A DNA stretch of 64,000 bases from Chloroflexota bacterium (GTDB lineage Bacteria > Chloroflexota > UBA11872 > VXOZ01), in assembly GCA_963663275.1 (NCBI GenBank), contig OY760183.1, positions 1,568,001 to 1,632,000 of the forward strand, read 5' to 3'. The position numbers and the translations under genes were made by a program. The notes below the pieces were generated by a model. It saw nothing but the letters and a program-made list of their open reading frames with translations. It was not told the DNA's origin and ran no database searches. Below, in pieces: positions 57,154-64,000 of this stretch (position 1 is the first letter of the stretch; each line of letters opens with the position of its first letter).

Positions 57154-58665
57154 ATGGACGTGCTAGCGGCACAGGGAAACATACTCGAGCAGGACGCGGA
57201 CCTCGTCGTCGTCAATCTCTTCGAGGGCGTCACCGCGCCGGGCGGCGCGACCGGAGCGGTAGACCGCGCCCTGAACGGCCAGATAAGCGAGGTCATTGGC
57301 GCCGGCGACTTCGAGGGCAAGTTGCACGAGACGCTCTACCTCTACACCGGCGGCGCCATGCCGGCGCGGCGTGTGCTCCTCATCGGGCTGGGCAAGCAGG
57401 ACGACTTTACGCTGGAGCGCGCCCGCCAGGTTGGGGGCAAGGCGGCGCGCGCGGCCCGTGACATGGGCGCGAAGCGGGTTGCCAGCATCGTGCACGGCGC
57501 CGGTATTGGCGGCCTCGAGCCGGTGGACGCCGCCCGCGCCGCCGCCGAAGGCGCCGTGCTCGGCCTTTACCGCTACCTGCGCTACTCGTCCGAGGAAGAC
57601 GGCAAGGAGTTGGACTCCTTGACCTACGTCGAGGCGGACGCGGCCAAGTTCGGCGCGGTAGCCAGCGGCGTCAGCGAGGGCGTTGCCATTGGCGAAGCGC
57701 AGAACTTCGTCCGCGACTTGGCTACCACCCCCGGCAGCGACCTGCCGCCGGCCGCGCTCGCGGACGCCGCCAGCGCCATGGCGCAGGAGTTCGGCTTGCG
57801 TTGCACCATTCTCGGGCCGGAAGAGATTGCCGCCGAGAACATGAACGTTATCCTGGGCGTGGACCGGGGCAGCGACCAGCCCTGCCGCTTCATCGTGCTG
57901 GAATACACGCCGGCGGAGGCCACCGACCAGACCGTCGCGCTGGTGGGGAAGGGCATCACATTCGACACCGGCGGGCTGAACCTCAAGCCCGGCGATTCCA
58001 TGCGCCACATGGAAAGCGACATGGCCGGCGGCGCCGGCGTGATCGGCGCGATGCGCCTGGTGGGCCACTTCAAGCCGCCGGTCCGCGTGGTCGGCCTGGT
58101 GCCCGCCTCGGAGAACATGCCCGGCGGCAATGCCTTCAAGCCCGGCGACATCCTCCGCGCCGCCAACGGCAAGACCATCGAGATCGACAATACCGACGCT
58201 GAGGGCCGTCTGGTGCTCGCCGATGCCCTGTGCTACGCGCAGCGCTACAATCCCTCGGCCATCATAGACATTGCCACGCTCACCGGCGCGGTGATCGTTG
58301 CCCTGGGCCAGCACGCCGCGGGACTGATGGGGAACCACGCCGGCCTGGCGGATAAGGTGAAGGCCGCGGGCGAACTGACGGGCGAGCGCGTCTGGGAACT
58401 GCCGCTGTGGCCGGAGTACGAAGAACAGGTGAAGAGCACGCTTGCCGACGTCAAGAATACCGGCGGCCGCGCGGCCGGGAGCATTACCGGCGCGGCGCTG
58501 CTCAAGCTGTTCGTCGATGAAAAACCGTGGGTGCACCTGGACGTGGCCGGTGTGGACTATACGGACCTGGATCGGCCCTACATTCCCAAAGGCAGCAGCG
58601 GCTACGGCGCGCGGCTGCTCTTCCAGGTCGTGCGCGACTGGGGGGAGGGGCTCGATTCCGATTAG
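57154..58665 (+). CDS. pepA: Leucyl aminopeptidase (M17)
   Basis: 'VGKGITFDTGG', 'NTDAEGRLVLAD', 'ATLTGA', 'HLDVAG'. Confidence 0.96.
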   Translation: MDVLAAQGNILEQDADLVVVNLFEGVTAPGGATGAVDRALNGQISEVIGAGDFEGKLHETLYLYTGGAMPARRVLLIGLGKQDDFTLERARQVGGKAARAARDMGAKRVASIVHGAGIGGLEPVDAARAAAEGAVLGLYRYLRYSSEEDGKELDSLTYVEADAAKFGAVASGVSEGVAIGEAQNFVRDLATTPGSDLPPAALADAASAMAQEFGLRCTILGPEEIAAENMNVILGVDRGSDQPCRFIVLEYTPAEATDQTVALVGKGITFDTGGLNLKPGDSMRHMESDMAGGAGVIGAMRLVGHFKPPVRVVGLVPASENMPGGNAFKPGDILRAANGKTIEIDNTDAEGRLVLADALCYAQRYNPSAIIDIATLTGAVIVALGQHAAGLMGNHAGLADKVKAAGELTGERVWELPLWPEYEEQVKSTLADVKNTGGRAAGSITGAALLKLFVDEKPWVHLDVAGVDYTDLDRPYIPKGSSGYGARLLFQVVRDWGEGLDSD

Positions 58666-58768
58666 GCATTGCCAAGAAGAGTGGGCGGGGCTGAGAAGAG
58701 TCAGGTATCGCTGAGAATGCGAGCGGCGGCCTCTGTTATTCCTACACGTGTTGATAGGGGCGTTGACA

Positions 58769-58912
58769 GAATCCGCCCTCTTCTCAGCAACGGAATCTAC
58801 GCTATTCTCAGGAACGGGATCCGCCCAATTCTCAACAACGGGAGCCACCCTCTTCTCTGCAACGGGAGCCACTCTTTGCTTAGCAGTGGTAACCCTTCTG
58901 TCATTCCGAGCG
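58769..58912 (+). repeat. Degenerate 24-bp tandem array (5 units plus one merging into a palindrome)
   Basis: Unit starts 58769, 58793, 58817, 58841, 58865, 58889. Confidence 0.8.
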
Positions 58913-59159
58913 CAGCGAGGAATCCAGGGCCGTCCCCCACGAAGTCCATAGTGCCCAGCGCCAACGTTTCCGCACTCGATTCCTCACTGCGCTGCGCTCC
59001 GTTCGGAATGACATGCGTGTGGTGTGTTTGCGCCGCTCCGAGCGCAGCGAGGGATCCAGGGCCATCCCACACGAAGCCCATAGTGCCCAGCGCCAACGTT
59101 TCCGCACTAGATTCCTCACTGCGCTGCGCTCCGTTCGGAATGACATGCGTGTTGTGCGT
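58899..59159. repeat. TGTCATTCCGAGCG..GGAATGACA palindromic element, duplicated with a 132-bp period
   Basis: 58906-59027 and 59038-59159 are nearly identical. Confidence 0.85.
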
Positions 59160-59275
59160 GCCCGGCGCTGGGCAGCCACCGCCGGGCCGTCCGCCCAGGG
59201 CGGCGGGCCGCCCTATGCTATAATGCCCTCAAAGCGGAAATCCAATTCCCTCCCAGATATAGAAGAAATCCGGTT

Positions 59276-61723
59276 GTGGATGTCGATCGTCTAACGGACA
59301 TGGCCAGGCAGGCGCTGGCCCTGGCGCGCAACGAGGCGCTCTTCTTCCAGCACGAACAGGTGCGGCCCGAGCACGTCTTGTTGGCGCTCGTGGCCTTGCC
59401 CGAGTGTCTCGCGGCGCGCTTGTTGCGCGAACTCGGGCTCGACCTGCACGTGATCGTGCGCGAAATCGTGGCGGCCATCGACTTTGGCAAGACCCGTGAA
59501 GCCTCCGCCAGTCCCCGGCTCTCCGCCGCGGGCGCGCGCGTGCTGGAACTGGCCGAAGCGGAGTCCAAGGCGCTCAAAGCGGAATATACCGGCACCGAGC
59601 ACCTGCTACTCGGCCTCCTTATCGAAGAAGAGGGGCTGGCCTCGCACGTTCTCATCAACCGTTTGGGCGTACAGCTTGACGTAATTCGTCACGTGGCCGC
59701 CCGTTGGGCGCGCAAGAGCCCGGAAGTGGGACGGCAGCGCGGCCGCGAGCGCGGGCGGCGCCAGGAACGCGCCTCGATACTGACCCAGTACGGGCGGGAC
59801 CTGACTCAACTTGCCCGGCAGGAGGAACTGGACCCGGTCATCGGCCGCCATCGGGAGACCGAGCGCATGTGCGAGATTCTGCTGCGCCGCCGCAAGAACA
59901 ATCCGGTGCTCGTCGGCCCGGCCGGCGTGGGCAAGACCGCGGTGGTGGAGGGTCTCGCCGAACGCATCGCCTCCAAAGAAGCGCCCACCATCATGCACGA
60001 GTCCCGCGTCGTGCAACTCGACCTTGCCGGTCTGATCGCCGGCACCAAGTTTCGCGGCGAGTTCGAGGAGCGGCTCAAGCGGCTCCTGGAAGAGGTGAGG
60101 AACACCGAAAACCTCATCCTGTTCGTGGACGAAGTGCACATGATGCTCGGCGCCGGGTCCGCGGCCGGCGCGATGGACGCCGCCAACATGCTCAAGCCCG
60201 CGCTCTCTCGCGGCGAACTGCGCATGATCGGCGCGACCACGTGGGAAGAATACCGCCGCTACATCGAGCGCGACGGCGGCCTGGTGCGGCGCTTTCAACC
60301 GGTTGCCGTCGAGGAACCGGCCTTCGAGGAGACGGTGGACATCCTGGCCGGCGTGCGCAGGGTCTACGAGACCTACCACGGCGTGACGGTTACCGACGAA
60401 GCGTTGGTAAGCTCGGTGCGGCTGGCGCAGCGCTACTTGCCCACCCGCTTCTTTCCCGATAAGTCGATCGACCTGATCGACGAGGCGGCCGCCCGCCTCA
60501 AAGTGGAGCGCCTCACGCCGCCGTCCGAGATGCGCAAGCTGAAGCACCGCTTGGAATTGCTGCAAAAAGAGGCGAAAGCGGCCCGGGAAGAGGGCAATTA
60601 CGATTGGATTACGCGCGTCAACAGCGAGATCGAAAGCCTGCACATGCAGTTGCGCGACATCGAGACCGGCTGGCGCCACAAACTGGCGGAACACAAGGCC
60701 GAAATCGGCGAAAAGGAAATTGCTACCGTCATCGCCCAGTGGACGGGCATCCCCAGCAGCGCGGTGGACGCCAACGAGGCGCGGCGGTTGCTGGAGATGG
60801 AAGCGGCAATCGCGCGGCGCATCGTGGGACAGCGGGAACCGGCGCGGGAAGTAGCGCAGGCGCTGCGGCGCGCCCTGGCCGGCGTCAAAGACCCCAACCG
60901 GCCGATTGGTTCCTTCCTCTTCGTCGGCGGCCCGGGCGTCGGCAAGACGGAACTTGCCAAGGCTATTGCCGAGTTCGTGCTGGGCGACGAGAAGCAGATC
61001 GTCCGCATCGACATGTCGGAGTACGACGAATACCACACCGTCTCGCGCCTCATCGGCTCGCCACCGGGCTACGTGGGCTACGACGAAGCGGGACAGCTTA
61101 CGGAAGCAGTGCGGCGGCGGGCATACGCCGTGATACTGCTGGACGACATCGATAAGGCGCATCCCGCCGTGCTCGACGCGCTGCTGCAGATCCTCGATCA
61201 CGGCCAACTCACCGATGGACACGGACGCGCCGTGAGCTTCCGCAACGCGATCCTGATCTTCACCTCCAACTTCTTCGACGACGACCCGGAACGCATTGGC
61301 ATCGGCTTCAACGCCCATGAGGCTGTGCTGGACTACCAGCGCGTCAAGCAAGCGGCCATGAAGGCGCTGCAGCGCAACCTGCGGCCTGAGTTCCTGAACC
61401 GGGTGGATACTGTTTCCGCGTTTCGCCCGCTTGAACCGGACGACATCCACGCGATTGCGCGGAGGCTGGTGGCGGAGCGCGCGGCACACCTGGCGGAAGA
61501 GGGCGTCACCCTGGAGGTGGACGAGGCCGTTATCGAACACCTGGCGCGGCGCTGCGGCGCGGCGCAGGGCGCGCGGCCCTTGCGCCGCCTGGTTACCACG
61601 CTGCTGGAAGACCCGCTCACCGACCTGCGCCTGCGGCACGATACCCAGACCCACTGGCTGGTGACGCTCAACGCAGCCGGCGACGACGTGATCATCGAGC
61701 CGGCTGAGGTCACGGTTGGCTGA
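59276..61723 (+). CDS. ClpC-like AAA+ ATPase
   Basis: Two Clp-N repeats; D1 [13 protein letters not shown]; M-domain; D2 GPGVGKT and GYVGY; IGF loop; extended -10 TGCTATAAT at 59216. Confidence 0.92.
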   Translation: MDVDRLTDMARQALALARNEALFFQHEQVRPEHVLLALVALPECLAARLLRELGLDLHVIVREIVAAIDFGKTREASASPRLSAAGARVLELAEAESKALKAEYTGTEHLLLGLLIEEEGLASHVLINRLGVQLDVIRHVAARWARKSPEVGRQRGRERGRRQERASILTQYGRDLTQLARQEELDPVIGRHRETERMCEILLRRRKNNPVLVGPAGVGKTAVVEGLAERIASKEAPTIMHESRVVQLDLAGLIAGTKFRGEFEERLKRLLEEVRNTENLILFVDEVHMMLGAGSAAGAMDAANMLKPALSRGELRMIGATTWEEYRRYIERDGGLVRRFQPVAVEEPAFEETVDILAGVRRVYETYHGVTVTDEALVSSVRLAQRYLPTRFFPDKSIDLIDEAAARLKVERLTPPSEMRKLKHRLELLQKEAKAAREEGNYDWITRVNSEIESLHMQLRDIETGWRHKLAEHKAEIGEKEIATVIAQWTGIPSSAVDANEARRLLEMEAAIARRIVGQREPAREVAQALRRALAGVKDPNRPIGSFLFVGGPGVGKTELAKAIAEFVLGDEKQIVRIDMSEYDEYHTVSRLIGSPPGYVGYDEAGQLTEAVRRRAYAVILLDDIDKAHPAVLDALLQILDHGQLTDGHGRAVSFRNAILIFTSNFFDDDPERIGIGFNAHEAVLDYQRVKQAAMKALQRNLRPEFLNRVDTVSAFRPLEPDDIHAIARRLVAERAAHLAEEGVTLEVDEAVIEHLARRCGAAQGARPLRRLVTTLLEDPLTDLRLRHDTQTHWLVTLNAAGDDVIIEPAEVTVG

Positions 61724-61726
61724 CGG

Positions 61727-62434
61727 GTGCGGAGCCTGGTTCACCACGTTTTCGACCTGCTGCTGCCGCAGCGTTGCGTGAGTTGCGGCGTCCTCGGCGA
61801 GAATCTTTGCCCTTCGTGCCTTGAGCGGATTGCCTTACTACCCACTCTGCGGTGTCCCCTGTGCGCCGCCGCCGTCTCCCGCAGCTATACGCTCTGCCGC
61901 GCGTGCCGGCGGACGTACCCGCGGCTGCGGGGCATCGTGGCGGTGGGCGCGTTCGGCGGCCCGCTGCGCCAGGCAATCCACCAGTTCAAGTACCGCGGCC
62001 GCACCAGCTTAGCGGGAGAATTGGGGGCGTTGCTGAGCCGCGCCATCGTGGAGGCTGAGATTCCGCCGTGCGCGGCAATCGCGCCGGTGCCGCTCCATCC
62101 CAAGCGGGAGGCGGCGCGGGGCTTCAACCAGGCCGCGCTGCTGGCACAGGAGGTCGGCGAACGCCTGCGCGCGCCCCTGGACCGCGACGGCATCGCGCGC
62201 GTGGTGGATACGCCGCCGCAGGTGGGGCTGTCGCGGGCGCAGCGCCTGCGCAACGTGGCCAACGCCTTCGCCGCGCGCCCCGGCGCGTTCAGCACAGGCG
62301 GCGTGCTGCTCGTCGACGACGTGGCCACTACCGGCGCGACCCTGGCAACGTGCGCCCGGTTCGCGGCGGGTGAGGGCGGTGCGCCTTGGGTGTGGGGCGC
62401 GGTGCTGGCGCGGGATACTAAGGAAGACGTGTGA
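61727..62434 (+). CDS. comF: ComF family protein (Zn-ribbon + phosphoribosyltransferase)
   Basis: CxxC pairs, 'PVPLH..R...RGFNQA', 'LLVDDVATTGATL'. Confidence 0.9.
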   Translation: MRSLVHHVFDLLLPQRCVSCGVLGENLCPSCLERIALLPTLRCPLCAAAVSRSYTLCRACRRTYPRLRGIVAVGAFGGPLRQAIHQFKYRGRTSLAGELGALLSRAIVEAEIPPCAAIAPVPLHPKREAARGFNQAALLAQEVGERLRAPLDRDGIARVVDTPPQVGLSRAQRLRNVANAFAARPGAFSTGGVLLVDDVATTGATLATCARFAAGEGGAPWVWGAVLARDTKEDV

Positions 62435-62788
62435 AAAAGGCGCCGTCGAGCGCCGTCGAGCGCCGTCATCCGTTCACCCTTCGACGCGCTCAGGGCGAAC
62501 GGATGACGGCGCTCCGCGATTCAAAGGCGCTCATCCATTGGCAAGCGCAGGCCGAATGGGAGGACGACTAACGTAGCGCGGGGGCTTGTCCCCCGCCGGA
62601 GACAGGGATACGAAGACGCAGAGATTGACCCTAGGCCGGCGCAAGTTGCACACTTGCGCTATTCGCAGCAAAGACCCTTGGTGTGGCGCTGTACGATTGC
62701 AGTGGTGAGTTGGAGGGCCGTCAGCTTAAGTCTGCAACCTGCCACACGCCTGTCAATAGATGCCGGGATTCCTTTGCAACAGGCTGGC

Positions 62789-63064
62789 TTACTCCTCGTC
62801 TTGCTTCTTGCTGGCATGCATGATGTAGCCTTCGAGACGTGCTACATCGGCTTTAGTAGCGAAGGTCTCTAGCCGACATTCAATGCGGGCTATATTCCCT
62901 TCAATACGAGCCACATCGTCTTTGGTAGCAAAACTCGTCAATAGACCTTCAATACGAGACACGCGGTCGGAGAAACTGGAAAACCTTGCCTCAACCCGCC
63001 AGAGCAAGCCTAGCCCAATGAGAATGACCGTGGCGATCGTCGCGTAGTCGGTGTTGAATTCCAC
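62789..63064 (-). CDS. 91-aa membrane-anchored coiled-coil protein with ATKxD motifs
   Basis: GTG start after AAAGGA; N-terminal TM; 'FATKDDVARIEG' and 'FATKADVARLEG'; lower GC. Confidence 0.7.
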   Translation of the reverse strand: MEFNTDYATIATVILIGLGLLWRVEARFSSFSDRVSRIEGLLTSFATKDDVARIEGNIARIECRLETFATKADVARLEGYIMHASKKQDEE

Positions 63065-63278
63065 TTCGATTTTCCTTTCATACCCACAGTGCCGCACCTA
63101 TCCATCTACGGAACAGGATTCCCTTATCTACATAATAAACTATGCCTGCTACAGTCGTGCCCCTGGCTTGTGAGCAAAACCCTGAGTTTGGTAGATTTGT
63201 CAAGCAAGAGACCAAGAGGAAGACTGACAATCTTTGCTGGCCACTACGCTCATTGACCTCTTCAAGTGTGAAATCTGT

Positions 63279-63665
63279 TCAATGAGCACAGCCCAGCGCG
63301 CCTAGCGCACAATCCGCCAGCTCATACACCGTGACCGGCAGCCTGAGAACATGGTTGACGCCGTGCCAGTCGGAGCGGGTGCGGGTGCGCGGTTCGACGA
63401 GCAGGACGATGGCCAGCGGCAGGCGGGACGCGGCTTTGAGGCGGGCGCACTCCTCGTAGACGTCCGGATAGATGAACGCTTCGTCCAGCACCAGCACGCG
63501 GGCGCTCCCCGGCGCGTCTGCCGTCTCCGCCGCCAGCAGCCGCGTCAAGTCTTCCAGGTCGCGGGTCGTACGGACAGCCGCGCCGCGAGCGCGCAGTTCC
63601 GCTGTGAGCCTCGTCCGCAAGCGCGGATTGGCGATAGCGACGACTAAGGCAGGTAGTTCCGGCAT
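63279..63665 (-). CDS. Atypical receiver-like (CheY-fold) protein
   Basis: Alternating beta/alpha pattern, 'VLVLD', 'IVLL', 'VLRLP' where KP is expected. Confidence 0.5.
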   Translation of the reverse strand: MPELPALVVAIANPRLRTRLTAELRARGAAVRTTRDLEDLTRLLAAETADAPGSARVLVLDEAFIYPDVYEECARLKAASRLPLAIVLLVEPRTRTRSDWHGVNHVLRLPVTVYELADCALGALGCAH

Positions 63666-63681
63666 GCTCCGGCGCTCACAT

Positions 63682-64000
63682 CTACCGCCGTCCCGGCACG
63701 CGCCGCCGCAGCCATCGCGGCAGGCGGGCGCGCCAACGGGACTGAGCGATCATGCGCACCGGCGCGCGGGCCTGGCGCGGAATGGGTATGCGCGGCCGGG
63801 GCAGGCGCGCGGAACGCACGAGCGCGCCAAAGACGCCCAGTTCGTACCACGTAAAGCGGAGGCGGCGCACGCCAATATCGGCCACGAAGAGCAGCAGGGC
63901 GATCACGACCAGCGGCTGCCAGAAGGGACGGTTGTAGCCTTCCGGCGGCGGACGGTCGTGGCGAAAGGCCTCCGCCGCGTCGGTCAGCGCCTGGCCGCCG
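63682..64000 (-). CDS. C-terminus of a membrane protein (likely VWA-domain family), truncated by the window edge
   Basis: 'GGQAL....AFRHD...WQPLVVIALLLFVADIGVRRL'. Confidence 0.55.
   Translation of the reverse strand, partial: GGQALTDAAEAFRHDRPPPEGYNRPFWQPLVVIALLLFVADIGVRRLRFTWYELGVFGALVRSARLPRPRIPIPRQARAPVRMIAQSRWRARLPRWLRRRVPGRR

Noticed and set aside
58669-59223. 184-aa ORF with 8-aa repeats
   Set aside because: It simply translates the 24-bp array and palindromic repeats; no convincing RBS or domain

Overview
GC-rich bacterial chromosomal segment; the gene content and style suggest a monoderm, Chloroflexota-like organism (inference). It is mostly housekeeping: sugar ABC permeases, a D,D-carboxypeptidase, apgM-selA-moaA, Ktr/Trk K+ uptake, nth, prfB with its +1 frameshift, mobB, ilvB-ilvN-ilvC-leuA behind a leader-peptide attenuator, a MacAB/FtsX-type ABC exporter with a very long adaptor, HU, PLD, a complete Rrf2-suf operon, hisI/hisE, pepA, a ClpC-like ATPase and comF. 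It also holds tRNA-Ser(CGA), tRNA-Sec(UCA) and one intact IS481-family element. The most unusual content is non-coding or small. (i) An autonomous ~370-bp promoter-to-terminator locus at 17243-17617 holds a 22-codon ORF, long hairpins and a near-perfect type III hammerhead-ribozyme core. (ii) A lower-GC overlapping gene pair at 19348-20212 has a downstream gene with an R-S-H pattern reminiscent of ADP-ribosyltransferase-fold toxins. (iii) There are at least six families of REP-like palindromes: one copy is split by IS481, two loci are enclosed by related terminal inverted repeats (MITE-like), and three have their edge amplified into degenerate 24-28-bp tandem arrays. (iv) Three solitary membrane-anchored coiled-coil microproteins are present, one inside the suf operon. 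All calls come from reading the sequence; no database searches were run.
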